Source: a virus. From it: a stretch of DNA of 64,000 nucleotides. Made by a program: the position numbers and the translations under genes. The stretch lies in the IMG/VR virus record IMGVR_UViG_3300031992_000005, positions 192,001 to 256,000 of that record. The stretch is one strand, 5' to 3'. Numbering within the stretch: the first letter of the stretch is position 1; every line of letters begins with the position of its first letter. The notes beneath the pieces are model-generated. The model saw only the letters and a list, made by a program, of their open reading frames with translations. It had not been told where the DNA came from and made no database searches. Shown here piece after piece: positions 33,133 to 43,059 of this stretch.

Positions 33133-33675
33133 ATGTTATTAAGTACAATATTAGCAACAGGTCTGAAGATATTAGTTACTGTAGCTGCAGGAACTGCGAT
33201 TGTTCTTGGAATTCGATATATTTTCAAAGAAGACGAAGAACAACAATCTCCGGACCAAGAAAAAACAAAAGAAGAAGAAGGTGGTCCGACCATTATCACC
33301 GATGGTTGGGGAAACAGTTATTCCTTAGGTGAAAAGAAATCATCCCACAAAGAGACTAAAGCTCAGAAAGTTATTCAAACTCTTCAGATGGGAAGATCAG
33401 TGATCGATAATGTTATCCAGATTGGTAATGGATTAGCAACAATGTTTAATTCGATCGACGCTATTTTTGGTATGGGAAATGGTAATGGATATGTCAATCC
33501 CTATGTACCAATGAGCGAATCATGGCAAGGAACTCAAGCAAAAGAAAGTGGTTGGTTCATTAACAGTATGGGAGAAAAAATTCCCTTGAACAAACCAATT
33601 CCTACGCAATGTTCCGATGGTAGGGTGCGTTATATGATATACACTGCACCTAATATAGTACATTTCATGAATTAA
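33133..33675 (+). CDS. membrane-anchored protein
   Basis: 180-aa ORF with an N-terminal TM segment (LKILVTVAAGTAIVLGIRYIF). Confidence 0.55.
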   Translation: MLLSTILATGLKILVTVAAGTAIVLGIRYIFKEDEEQQSPDQEKTKEEEGGPTIITDGWGNSYSLGEKKSSHKETKAQKVIQTLQMGRSVIDNVIQIGNGLATMFNSIDAIFGMGNGNGYVNPYVPMSESWQGTQAKESGWFINSMGEKIPLNKPIPTQCSDGRVRYMIYTAPNIVHFMN

Positions 33676-33824
33676 TAAAATGAAGTGGAGTGTGCCATGA
33701 ATAGTAGTTAACTATTGGGTAACTTAGTGTAATTCTTCTTATTAGAAAGATACATGAATTTAATAATGTACTTAAAAAACAGGTGTTTGTTTTGTGTCAC
33801 CTGTTTTACGTAGAAAGTTGTAAA

Positions 33825-34247
33825 ATGATATATTTATTTGGAACAGGGTCCTGGGATGGAACTAGGAAAGCCCTGAAAATAGGTTATAGTGAAACTCAAT
33901 TAGAAAGAGAAATAGCCTATGACCTTCATAATCCATTAGGTAAATTCTTAGCCTGGAGAGAAGGTGATAGAGTATTAGAGCTCAAACTTCACTTATGCTT
34001 AATGGATTATAAAGAGGATTTCCGGGACGAATGGTTCTTCAATGAAGATAAAGTCTTGGAAATTTTTTCTTGGTCCATAGATAAGATAGACTCTTGGTTA
34101 TGGGAAAATAGAGGTAGAATATTTCTAGAGAAACTAAGTAATCCTAATACATTAAAGGGAAAGATATTGAAAGAGCTAATGGACAAGTTTAGTCCTTCTA
34201 AACCCTTACAGGTAGATGAAAATTTATTAAATGATTTTGATTTATGA
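33825..34247 (+). CDS. T5orf172 / GIY-YIG-like domain protein
   Basis: MIYLFGTG..ALKIGYSE...E..LH.....DEWF follows the T5orf172 pattern. Start moved from GTG 33783 to ATG 33825. Confidence 0.5.
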   Translation: MIYLFGTGSWDGTRKALKIGYSETQLEREIAYDLHNPLGKFLAWREGDRVLELKLHLCLMDYKEDFRDEWFFNEDKVLEIFSWSIDKIDSWLWENRGRIFLEKLSNPNTLKGKILKELMDKFSPSKPLQVDENLLNDFDL

Positions 34248-34894
34248 AAATACCGTATAGTCTAAACTTAGATAATAAAAGTATTAGAAAAATTTGGTTT
34301 ATGTCTGACCTTCACTTAGGTCATAAGAACATAATTAAGTTAGGAAATCGTCCGTTTCAGAATATAGAAGAAATGGATGGTTTTATTCAGGAAAAACTGG
34401 CAGAAACCATAGAACCGGGGGATGTGGTATTTAACTTAGGTGACTTTTTCTGGAAATATACATTACCAGAAGCTGAGTCTGTACTAAAGTTAATGAAACC
34501 TCTTAAGTCTTACATGATAGCGGGGAATCATGATTCTCATGAATTATTACAAGGATTGAGGAGATATTTCAACGTTATTGCTGACAGATTAGAGGTAACT
34601 GTTATATATCAATCTGAGAAGTATTACTTGGTTATGGATCATTTTCCGCATCTTTCGTGGAATCATAAATCTAGGGGTGCATTCATGATTCATGGCCATT
34701 GTCACGGAAATATAGATAGTTTTAATCGTGATTCCATTGGAGATCTAAGGATTGATGTGGGATATGATGGAGAGCTGGCCAAGAAGACTGGATCATTTCT
34801 CATTGATTTCGAGACGATCTTAGGGGAAATGAAAAATAAAGTGGGACAACAAAGTTTCAAGGATTATGTTCAAAATAATAGTAAAACAATATGA
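34244..34894 (+). CDS. calcineurin-like metallophosphoesterase
   Basis: SDLHLGH, GDFF, GNHD and HGHCHG motifs in canonical order. Confidence 0.75.
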   Translation: MKIPYSLNLDNKSIRKIWFMSDLHLGHKNIIKLGNRPFQNIEEMDGFIQEKLAETIEPGDVVFNLGDFFWKYTLPEAESVLKLMKPLKSYMIAGNHDSHELLQGLRRYFNVIADRLEVTVIYQSEKYYLVMDHFPHLSWNHKSRGAFMIHGHCHGNIDSFNRDSIGDLRIDVGYDGELAKKTGSFLIDFETILGEMKNKVGQQSFKDYVQNNSKTI

Positions 34895-35730
34895 AATCTA
34901 GGGAAGAACTTATTTCAGTATTTGAAGATACTAAAACTAGTATCATTGCAGGAGGTTATAAAGATCCTACAGGGCGTTGGCATGAAATACCTGATCCAGT
35001 AGCATCTATATTTTATAACACAGTATCGAAATTGAGCAAGGATGATTGCCCAGTTTTCCCAGAAACAATTATAAAAGTTGTTAATGAGGATACGTTCAAT
35101 GTAGCTGAAAAGCTTCCTGGATGTGCTGTATTGAATATGGCATCCTTCAGTTTTCCAGGTGGTGGAGTAACTAATGGGGCAAGAGCTCAAGAGGAAGAGC
35201 TTTGTAGGCGGAGTAACCTAACAAAATCCCTATATGCATTTGATCACCGAATGGCAGATGTTTATGGTCCGCCTTATGGGAATAGTACGTATCCAATCCC
35301 TATGTTTGGTGGAATATACTCAACTGGTATAACTGTTTTTAAGAGTGCTGTTTCTTATAATGGACTAATTAATCCATTCCAGTGTGACGTAATTACCGTT
35401 CCTGGACTAAAGAAACCAGTACTGGATCGAAAAACAGGAGAACTTCAGCCAAAGGATGTCATAGCATTAAAGGGAAAAATAAGAGCCATATTCAGAATGG
35501 CTATCTTAGGAAAAAATGAATCCCTTGTATTAGGGGCTCTTGGATGTGGTGCATATGGAAATCCACCTAGCCATGTAGCTAGACTATTCAAAGAAGTATT
35601 GGGTGAAGATGAGTTCGTTCATTCTTTCTCTAAGATATACTTTGCTATCCTAGAAGATACAAATAGTAGAAAAAATATTGAAGGTGGAAACCTTAAACCT
35701 TTTAAAAAAGTATTTGAAAATGGAAACTAA
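34891..35730 (+). CDS. bacterial-type poly(ADP-ribose) glycohydrolase (DUF2263/TIGR02452 macrodomain)
   Basis: PGGGVTNGARAQEEELCRRSNL matches the GGG-x6-8-QEE PARG signature. GALGCGAYGNPP matches the diphosphate-binding loop. Confidence 0.75.
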   Translation: MKSREELISVFEDTKTSIIAGGYKDPTGRWHEIPDPVASIFYNTVSKLSKDDCPVFPETIIKVVNEDTFNVAEKLPGCAVLNMASFSFPGGGVTNGARAQEEELCRRSNLTKSLYAFDHRMADVYGPPYGNSTYPIPMFGGIYSTGITVFKSAVSYNGLINPFQCDVITVPGLKKPVLDRKTGELQPKDVIALKGKIRAIFRMAILGKNESLVLGALGCGAYGNPPSHVARLFKEVLGEDEFVHSFSKIYFAILEDTNSRKNIEGGNLKPFKKVFENGN

Positions 35731-36304
35731 AAATCGATGCACTAGAGAAGAGGGAACCGGAAAAGTAATTTGGATTTCCCCAGAAATTGCAGTAGTTGGT
35801 GTTATTATTGCTGAGAGCAAAGACAACTCGGGCAATAGAGTTTATCACTATCTTGTAGAAAAACGAGGACAAGGAGCTCCTGATTTTAATGGAAAGTATT
35901 GTTTTCCTTGTGGTTATTATGATTATTCAGACCATTACCTTAAAGTCGGTGCTGCAAGGGAAGTTTACGAAGAAACTGGAATAAAAGTGGATCCAGGGGA
36001 ATTTCATTTCGCCGGAATAAATGACGGAATGTATACCAATAAGGGTCACATTACAGCCAGGTTCGTAACTAAAGTGAACTGTAGTCCTGAGGAATTGCTG
36101 AAAATGGCGGACATTGATTCCGTCAGTAGAGGCGGCGAAGAAGGAGAATCTTCACAAATACTCGTAGTAACTTATGATTGGATAAAGGAACATCGTGAAG
36201 AGTTCTGTTTCGATCATGATAAGTTAGCCGATACTATCGAGAAACATTCCTTGGATATATTTCAGAATAGTTTCTACAAAGATAACTATGACGAAGAACA
36301 TTAA
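35720..36304 (+). CDS. Nudix hydrolase
   Basis: Nudix box G-x5-D-x7-AREVYEETGI. Start moved to ATG 35720, giving an 11-nt overlap with PARG. Confidence 0.7.
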   Translation: METKNRCTREEGTGKVIWISPEIAVVGVIIAESKDNSGNRVYHYLVEKRGQGAPDFNGKYCFPCGYYDYSDHYLKVGAAREVYEETGIKVDPGEFHFAGINDGMYTNKGHITARFVTKVNCSPEELLKMADIDSVSRGGEEGESSQILVVTYDWIKEHREEFCFDHDKLADTIEKHSLDIFQNSFYKDNYDEEH

Positions 36305-36371
36305 GTAAAAAAAAAGAGAGAAGCCATTACGACTTCTTTCTTTTTCTTTTTTTTTCCGCTCTAATTACTAG

Positions 36372-37772
36372 CTATTTTTCCCAACTCTGGATTTCACCCG
36401 AGTATTGATCCTTGAAATACGGTACCGGATCGTAGAAGTTTACGAACTTATCTACGTTGTCCGTTATGTACTTAATTGTTGGATCCTTAGGATTCATCCA
36501 GTCGAATTGACTATCTAGTACTTTTCCTTCTTCATCTAAGTAAGATAGAAGGATTGCGTATAGGATCATTGAGCTATACGTATAGTTAAAAACTATCTCG
36601 TATATCGCAAAATCCCTTTTCTCCGAAGTATGCTTTTCTTCAAACGTTAAGTTTTTTCCCCAAAGGTTGAGAAAACTCTTAATCCCCCTAATATCAGATA
36701 CTACCTTTACTCTGGAAGTAATCTTCTTAGGGTCATACCTCTCAAGGACTTGAACTGCCCTTTCTACGTTATTAACGCAAATTAGCCCATTTCGTCCTAT
36801 TTCGAATATTTTTTCTTTACGTAGGAGAGTCTGATATTCGACTCTAGAGTTGATCTTTTTCACTCTAGACTCAAGAATCTTAGCTCTCAGCGTAGTCAGG
36901 AAGACATCCGCATCTAGCTTTCCTCTATCTTGAAGAGTTTTTGCTGTGAGCCATAGTACGTATTTTTCCTCATCACTGTACGAGATCTCCTTCTCTGGAG
37001 TAGTTGTAGTCACTTCTGCAATTACTGGAGGAGTTACTCTCGGTCTTTCTACGATGGCATTGTTCTTGTCTACCGGCAAGTCAATACCAAAGCGTGTCTT
37101 GACAAATTCTACCCACTTCAGATAGATTGCCTTTATTTCTTCATTACTACCATCAATGGTCAAATAACGACCATCCTCTGGAATATTTATATAATTCCAC
37201 TTAACAGGAAGGCCAGTTACGCTACTGACGGTATTCGAAAAGCGTTCTGCACGCTTAATCGATAGAGTACATCCACTGACACCTTCTTGCCGTGTCATTG
37301 TGTAGTACTCATTTGACCTAATTGCAGTTACTTTTCTCCTGACGAAGAAATTTAGAATCTTGCCTATCAACCGGGCACTTGCCACTTTCATGTTAGGTGC
37401 CACAATAGTCTTCTTTGTCCCTGCAACTTTCTTCACTTGTTGTTTCTTTGCTCCCTTCTTAATCTTGAATCGATAACAGAGAGCATCATCGATTGCCTTC
37501 GCTGCATCCTCCACTGTAATGGAAGAATCTACGAAAACAACTTTAAAATCCCTGTTTCCTACATCCTCCCGCTTAAATACTGGCGAGAGAATGTCAAAAA
37601 ACCGACCAATTTTCTTAGGCAAACTAGTCGAGTCTGCCTTCTCATCGATTGCTTTAAAAACCTTAGTTAGGTCACTCTTCGTGAGAGTTTGGCCATTACT
37701 AAGTTTTCCAGCTATCTCAGAGCCTATTAAGTAATAATAGGCCCTTGATTCTTCATTTTTCTTTCTTGGCAT
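36372..37772 (-). CDS. hypothetical protein
   Basis: 466-aa ORF, one of two - strand genes inside the + block. Confidence 0.6.
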   Translation of the reverse strand: MPRKKNEESRAYYYLIGSEIAGKLSNGQTLTKSDLTKVFKAIDEKADSTSLPKKIGRFFDILSPVFKREDVGNRDFKVVFVDSSITVEDAAKAIDDALCYRFKIKKGAKKQQVKKVAGTKKTIVAPNMKVASARLIGKILNFFVRRKVTAIRSNEYYTMTRQEGVSGCTLSIKRAERFSNTVSSVTGLPVKWNYINIPEDGRYLTIDGSNEEIKAIYLKWVEFVKTRFGIDLPVDKNNAIVERPRVTPPVIAEVTTTTPEKEISYSDEEKYVLWLTAKTLQDRGKLDADVFLTTLRAKILESRVKKINSRVEYQTLLRKEKIFEIGRNGLICVNNVERAVQVLERYDPKKITSRVKVVSDIRGIKSFLNLWGKNLTFEEKHTSEKRDFAIYEIVFNYTYSSMILYAILLSYLDEEGKVLDSQFDWMNPKDPTIKYITDNVDKFVNFYDPVPYFKDQYSGEIQSWEK

Positions 37773-37849
37773 AATAGCTTAAAAATTTAAAAGACCCCAG
37801 AATAACATTGATTGTGATACTCTAAGGTCTTGGTTGTGTTAAATATTAA

Positions 37850-38275
37850 TTAGTTACTCTGTTTATTCCTAAGATAGCTAACTTCACGCTGAAGTCTTTC
37901 GTTTTCAGCAGTAAGTTTTCCCATTTGATAGGAATTGTTTGCCGAATCACGCTTATACCCTTGGTTTTCGTAATTCAGGTTCTCATTGATTCCCACTTGT
38001 TTCATTGCAGATGCAAAAAGTCTGTCATTAGCCTCACAAAGGCTGTCATTAGCATCCCTATACTCGTTAATGCTTGAGCGAAGTTGTGAGGTTTCTTCTT
38101 TTAGTCTTTTTATTCTCTTGTTTGCTCGTGCTTTTCCAATACCAACACCGGTAAGGAATACTGTAGCTAAGGCAATCGCCTTTGTAGTTCTAGGGTTTTT
38201 CTCTATAAACCTTCCGGCCTTATCCAGAAATCCCTCTTTCTTTTTTTCATTTTTTTCCTGTTCTTCCATTTTCAT
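37850..38275 (-). CDS. membrane-anchored coiled-coil protein
   Basis: 141-aa ORF with TM segment AIALATVFLTGVGIG followed by a heptad-rich tail. Confidence 0.55.
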   Translation of the reverse strand: MKMEEQEKNEKKKEGFLDKAGRFIEKNPRTTKAIALATVFLTGVGIGKARANKRIKRLKEETSQLRSSINEYRDANDSLCEANDRLFASAMKQVGINENLNYENQGYKRDSANNSYQMGKLTAENERLQREVSYLRNKQSN

Positions 38276-38309
38276 TCAATTTGTTGTTAATAAAAAATTC
38301 GTTAATAAT

Positions 38310-38337
38310 CTCTATATATTTATAAGGCTTTGAAAGG
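38310..38337 (-). promoter_or_regulatory. promoter motif (class 1)
   Basis: The - strand reads CCTTTCAAAGCCTTATAAATATATAGAG. Confidence 0.5.
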
Positions 38338-38411
38338 ATGATTTAAATTGAGAAAAATCAGATTTAAAAGCATTAAAGCCATATAACTGTACTTAATATA
38401 AATTTCAAGAT

Positions 38412-39308
38412 ATGAAACAATTGGATAGTTATGTAGAAATCTGGGATCAAGGTCCTGGAATAGAAGGCATTAAAAAGCAAATAGAAAAAGTGGGTCGAAT
38501 CTGTTATAAGTCGGAATCGAGTATAACAGAGGATTCTGCTGAAAAATTTGTAGAAAGACTGGGTAATGCAGGTCACTTAAAAGCATTTGAACAGGGAACT
38601 GTTTACCTAACATTTCCTAGGGGAACAACCTTTGATGAGACTCCAAAATCCCCTGAATTATATCTATTCTATTTCTTTAATAGATACTCCAAATGCCATA
38701 CAAGCAAAGATGACGATAATTATTATGTAACAACTAATTATCGAGTCTTAGTGGATAATGATAGAGTAGGGGACTTGAAGTACTTGACAGAGCCTAGTAA
38801 GAATCATGAGCTTCGTATTTGTGCTCATTTTATATGTGATCGTGGAGTTTCTGCTGAAGCTAATAGACATACTATGAACTCTGCTATGGAAACCTCCACT
38901 AGGTATTGCAACTACAGCTTGAATAAGTTTGGTAACGAGATTAGTGTCATTCAATCGGATGACATTGACTTGAGTAAAGCTAATTACGATGGAAAAGATT
39001 TCTTCAGAATGTGTGAAGATGTCAGATTCAGCTCTTCTAAGTGGAATGAAGTAGATCTTTGGATGTTTGGTAACCTAGCTACTGAGTTTTCTTACATGGA
39101 ATTACTAAAACGTGGCTGGAAACCTCAACAGGCTAGAAGGGTTTTACCATTGGATCTAAAAACAGAAGTATGTCATTCAGCATTTATATCAGACTGGATT
39201 CATTTCTTTGAATTAAGATCTGCACCAGATGCTCATCCTGATATGAAAAAATTAAGCGATCAACTAAAGAAACTTTTTATAGAAAGAGGCTATATAGAGC
39301 ATGAATAA
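38412..39308 (+). CDS. thyX: flavin-dependent thymidylate synthase (ThyX-like)
   Basis: ANRHTMNSAMETSTRY resembles the ThyX motif RHR..S....S.RY. FFELRSAPDAHPDM lies near the C-terminus. Confidence 0.65.
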   Translation: MKQLDSYVEIWDQGPGIEGIKKQIEKVGRICYKSESSITEDSAEKFVERLGNAGHLKAFEQGTVYLTFPRGTTFDETPKSPELYLFYFFNRYSKCHTSKDDDNYYVTTNYRVLVDNDRVGDLKYLTEPSKNHELRICAHFICDRGVSAEANRHTMNSAMETSTRYCNYSLNKFGNEISVIQSDDIDLSKANYDGKDFFRMCEDVRFSSSKWNEVDLWMFGNLATEFSYMELLKRGWKPQQARRVLPLDLKTEVCHSAFISDWIHFFELRSAPDAHPDMKKLSDQLKKLFIERGYIEHE

Positions 39309-40269
39309 ATGTCCATTATGTAATGCTGTTTTTGCTGATTCGGAAGACCTAGAAAGACACTTATTAGAGGAACATTTTCTTACTATGCAGTCTTTCTATG
39401 AAATGTTACCTATTGAACAAGATAAGGGAAGAGTTCCTATTTCGTATATAGAAAACGATGGATTCTTCTTACCAGACTGGGACAATATCAAAAATAAATA
39501 TGAGAAGGTACAGTCTATTAATATGGTTCAGTCAGCGATAAAGGATTACTACAATAAGGTTAGTACTGATAGGTATCTTCAGATGTATTTAATCAATGAT
39601 ATCTACTTTGAAAGTACATTAAGCCATAAGTATTCAGAGTTTAAGGATATACTAAAGCAAATACAGAGAAAATATAGGTATGATAGGAATAAGATTTGGT
39701 TCTTAGACTGGATACCTGGATTTCCTAGGTTAATAAGTGAAGACAATCTTGATGGCATTAAGGTTGTTTTGATTGATGACTTGTATAAGGTAGTCAGTGA
39801 TCAAGAAACCCTATCATTAAATAATTATTCTGTTAAGTTCCCAGAGATTATACCCTATGATAGAAGATATCACAGTAAATATAATCTCTTGAACTTAAAC
39901 GGAGATCCTAGAACTGCTAAGAGATTACGGTTAAAAAATGAAATGGATGACTGTATAAAGTTCTATAATAATAGTGATTCTTCTGCAAGATCGTTATTTA
40001 GAATCCAAGTGAATGATGATATTATAGAGCCCAACAGTTTAACTGATCAAGACTTAACCGTTCTGAAGCTATTGCTATTAAGAAATAAAACATTCATGAA
40101 ATTAATTACCTCCATGATTGATGAAATTTCAAAAAATGCAAAAGTTCTCAGTGATTCTGTATTTCTTAAAAATACCATCCTAGTTAATCCAGGGAATCAG
40201 GCAAAAATAAATATTTCTTGGTTACCTAATAAAGAAAAGGAAAATTATATTAATATATCTATCTTATGA
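39301..40269 (+). CDS. protein with N-terminal classical C2H2 zinc finger
   Basis: CPLCNAVFADSEDLERHLLEEH has the form C-x2-C-x12-H-x4-H. Confidence 0.55.
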   Translation: MNKCPLCNAVFADSEDLERHLLEEHFLTMQSFYEMLPIEQDKGRVPISYIENDGFFLPDWDNIKNKYEKVQSINMVQSAIKDYYNKVSTDRYLQMYLINDIYFESTLSHKYSEFKDILKQIQRKYRYDRNKIWFLDWIPGFPRLISEDNLDGIKVVLIDDLYKVVSDQETLSLNNYSVKFPEIIPYDRRYHSKYNLLNLNGDPRTAKRLRLKNEMDDCIKFYNNSDSSARSLFRIQVNDDIIEPNSLTDQDLTVLKLLLLRNKTFMKLITSMIDEISKNAKVLSDSVFLKNTILVNPGNQAKINISWLPNKEKENYINISIL

Positions 40270-41477
40270 ACGAAAACAATTTTAAAATTCAAGGAGTAGG
40301 ACTAGATACTAGTACAATTGACTATAATCCTGGCTCTTACTCAGGGAACTATGACTACTTTTATACGAGTATTTCAGCCAATAATGATTATCTCTTAAAA
40401 GATATGATTGATGAGGATACTCCAGTAATAGTAGGAGTAGATTTTCTAGAATCTTTAGAGAATGTATTAGGGGATCATCTTAAAGCAATTGGTAGGAAAA
40501 AGGCGGATCTTATTCTCTTCTCAGGTAACATCAAATTCGATCAAGCCCCAGAGACTATGCCAGAGAGCCTATTCGAAAGTAATCTCGTAGGTCACTGTGG
40601 AATACAGAGTCCAGTTTCAGTAGATCAGGTCAAAGAGCTTAGGGAGAAATATAAAATAGAATATATTTGTATTCCTCTTTGTCCTATGGAATTTGATCCT
40701 GATATAATTGAATATGCTGAACAAGAGAAGATGCACCTGATTGTTACTAATCCTTTTGGTGGATATCTCAGTGCTGCCAGAAATATTGTTTCATTTTCCG
40801 TACCTTATCTGCTATCATTTGCAGCAACTTACGGAAACATAGTTCTAGTAAGTGGAAGAGATCTAGTAAAAGCAGAGACATCAAGGGATTTCCTGAATTC
40901 CCTGATAGGACTTCCAAGTAATCCTGGTTTTAGATTAACAAAGGCTGTAAATAGGGAAGTCAAGGAAATAAAAAAGGCAATATTCACGTCTGTAAAAATA
41001 GACGATTATGTTGTTCCTTATGATAGTCCAGAGAATATCATAGATCAAGAGAATTTTGGATTTGGATTCGGAAAATATATTCAATCTCTCCCAGAGTCTA
41101 TTGATTTTATCAAGGACATCGAATCTGCGGATGATATTGATAGAGAAGAATCTACTGTAGCAGAGGAAATTAACCATTTCTTAAGAGTAGTTCATTATCC
41201 TATTGATGGATCATTAGATGTCCAATTTGCTGTTGCTAGGTATAAAATCATAGAATATCTAGACCAGAAATTTCCCGACTATAAAAAGGAGTTTGCTAAA
41301 ATCGGAAATAGGGTATTAATGGTATCCTTGACTAGTCCTGTTAAGATTACTGGACATTTCCTATGGAAGAAAGTAGCTATGGAAGAGACTACAATGTACT
41401 ATATGATCCTTCCACTGGAGGGAAAAGATCGTATAATCTTCCGGGAAGTAGAAGAAACGCAGTCTACGGAGGATTAA
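40266..41477 (+). CDS. hypothetical protein (N-terminal half weakly aldo/keto-reductase-like)
   Basis: GIQSPVSVDQVKEL..YICIPLCPMEFD..IIEYAEQEKMHLIVTNPFGG resembles the AKR layout (GvSn..eql..Q.e.n....l..a...gi.v.a.sPlg.G). The resemblance is weak. Confidence 0.5.
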   Translation: MNENNFKIQGVGLDTSTIDYNPGSYSGNYDYFYTSISANNDYLLKDMIDEDTPVIVGVDFLESLENVLGDHLKAIGRKKADLILFSGNIKFDQAPETMPESLFESNLVGHCGIQSPVSVDQVKELREKYKIEYICIPLCPMEFDPDIIEYAEQEKMHLIVTNPFGGYLSAARNIVSFSVPYLLSFAATYGNIVLVSGRDLVKAETSRDFLNSLIGLPSNPGFRLTKAVNREVKEIKKAIFTSVKIDDYVVPYDSPENIIDQENFGFGFGKYIQSLPESIDFIKDIESADDIDREESTVAEEINHFLRVVHYPIDGSLDVQFAVARYKIIEYLDQKFPDYKKEFAKIGNRVLMVSLTSPVKITGHFLWKKVAMEETTMYYMILPLEGKDRIIFREVEETQSTED

Positions 41478-41490
41478 ATCCTTACAAATG
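41471..41490 (+). promoter_or_regulatory. promoter motif (class 2)
   Basis: GGATTAAATCCTTACAAATG, with a degenerate second copy GGATTAAATCCACCTAATATAAAT. Confidence 0.45.
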
Positions 41491-41546
41491 GATTAAATCC
41501 ACCTAATATAAATTTCAAATGTTTAATAAATTAAAAAGAATTTAGT

Positions 41547-42035
41547 ATGAGAATCTACAACGGAAAAAACTCATTATTAAACTTACCTCTAATTAACAAC
41601 ATTAGATTAGAGATTCATGGTAACACTGTTAGCCGTGAGTTCCTTCCAACAGTAGCTTTTATAAAGCTTCTTGTGGAAAATCTTACTCCAAAGGACATTG
41701 CTATTATCGTATCGGGTCCATTTGAGATTAACATGTGTGCAAACGTATCTGCAAGTGAACCATTCATCGTTAGCTCACTTGATGAAGCCTTAAGAAGATT
41801 CAATGTTGGTAAGACAGAGGAGGAACCTAAAGTAGAAGAAAAGCCAGTCGAAGAGCCTACACCTCAGTCTGAACCAGAACCTGTTCCTGAAGTAAAGGAA
41901 GAGGAACCCAGTACTGAGAAAGAAGAGGTTAAAGAAGAGCCTGCTGCTGAAGAAGCTCCAGCAGAAACTCCTGAACCAGTAAAGGCTCCTAAGAAGCGCA
42001 AGATCTCAAAGCCTAAGGCAAACGAAGAAGTTTAA
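41547..42035 (+). CDS. hypothetical protein with PE-rich acidic tail
   Basis: 162-aa ORF with low-complexity C-terminus EEPKVEEKPVEEPTPQSEPEP.. followed by a basic patch KKRKISKPK. Confidence 0.55.
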   Translation: MRIYNGKNSLLNLPLINNIRLEIHGNTVSREFLPTVAFIKLLVENLTPKDIAIIVSGPFEINMCANVSASEPFIVSSLDEALRRFNVGKTEEEPKVEEKPVEEPTPQSEPEPVPEVKEEEPSTEKEEVKEEPAAEEAPAETPEPVKAPKKRKISKPKANEEV

Positions 42036-42050
42036 TAATAATTTACTAAA

Positions 42051-42090
42051 CAGGAATCTCTGAGAGTAATTCTTAGAGATTCCACTTTTC
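42051..42090 (+). terminator. intrinsic terminator
   Basis: GGAATCTCTGAGA gtaat TCTTAGAGATTCC followed by T-rich sequence. Confidence 0.55.
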
Positions 42091-42099
42091 TTTACAACA

Positions 42100-43059
42100 A
42101 TGGAATATAAAGAGCAAATAAAAAAGAATGGCCAAAGATTAATTTTCTGCGATTTCAAAGAATTATTGACAGAGGCCTATAATGTAAATACTATAGAAGA
42201 AGTAGAACCATTTGCTAATGACAATGGAGAATATATAATTCATTGCCCATTTTGTAGAGAAGAAGGGCATACTAAACATAAACTATACATAAAGAAAGAC
42301 TTAACAGTAGGCCATTGTTTTGTATGTACCCGAACGTATATTAATGTAACTACAGATATTAACCTAAAAGTTGATGTTCCAGATACATTAACAGATTTTT
42401 GTCTAGGACAGGGTTCATTTAAATTAGTACCATTAACTGATCAAGAATGGACTGTAGATAAATTCGAATATGAATTTGATGACTATAGCGAAAAAGGTAT
42501 TGATTACTTAATAAAGAGAAATCAATTCTTATCAGAATTATATAAATTCTTAGACTTTAAATTTTGGAATGATAATGTAGTAATACCATTCAAATATCAT
42601 GGTGAGGTATTCTACTATCAAATAAGATTTAGGAATCCTGGTGCTAAGATTAAATATTTCCTTCCGCCTATTGATAAGAAACCTCCTTACATAATTGAGA
42701 GAGATGAAGAATTCAGACATAAGATTGTAATAGTAGAGGGAATATTTGATGCAATCGCAGCACTTATACAGTGTCCTGAATATACGCCAGTTGCAGTCCT
42801 AGGGTCTAGTATATCAGATTATCAGCTGGATTTCATAAGAGATTATAGCGGATACATTGACGATATAAGGATCTGGATGGATGAAACAAAAATCTCCTTA
42901 AAGATAGCAGAGAAGGTTAAATCTGTTATCGATTATGCGCCAATTAGAATAATTAAATCTTATGGTCCTGATCCTGAAGAGGTTCTGGCAGAAAGATTAA
43001 GAAGAAATTTGCCTATACAATGGATATATGCTAAAGATAACACACAACCTGGACAATAA
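42100..43059 (+). CDS. DNA primase (zinc-ribbon plus TOPRIM)
   Basis: HCPFCREEGHTKH..GHCFVC zinc ribbon. TOPRIM IVIVEGIFDAIA and ..IWMDETK. Confidence 0.7.
   Translation: MEYKEQIKKNGQRLIFCDFKELLTEAYNVNTIEEVEPFANDNGEYIIHCPFCREEGHTKHKLYIKKDLTVGHCFVCTRTYINVTTDINLKVDVPDTLTDFCLGQGSFKLVPLTDQEWTVDKFEYEFDDYSEKGIDYLIKRNQFLSELYKFLDFKFWNDNVVIPFKYHGEVFYYQIRFRNPGAKIKYFLPPIDKKPPYIIERDEEFRHKIVIVEGIFDAIAALIQCPEYTPVAVLGSSISDYQLDFIRDYSGYIDDIRIWMDETKISLKIAEKVKSVIDYAPIRIIKSYGPDPEEVLAERLRRNLPIQWIYAKDNTQPGQ

Noticed and set aside
33102-33332. 76-aa ORF in an alternative frame of 33133..33675.
   Set aside because: The product is an Arg-rich, low-complexity frame-shifted reading. The longer ORF has a clear TM anchor and fits the spacing.
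37437-38576. ORFs 37437..37670 (+), 37519..37734 (+), 37986..38333 (+) and 38373..38576 (-).
   Set aside because: They are shadows of the - strand genes 36372..37772 and 37850..38275, or of thyX. The last one overlaps the thyX start and the intergenic promoter region.
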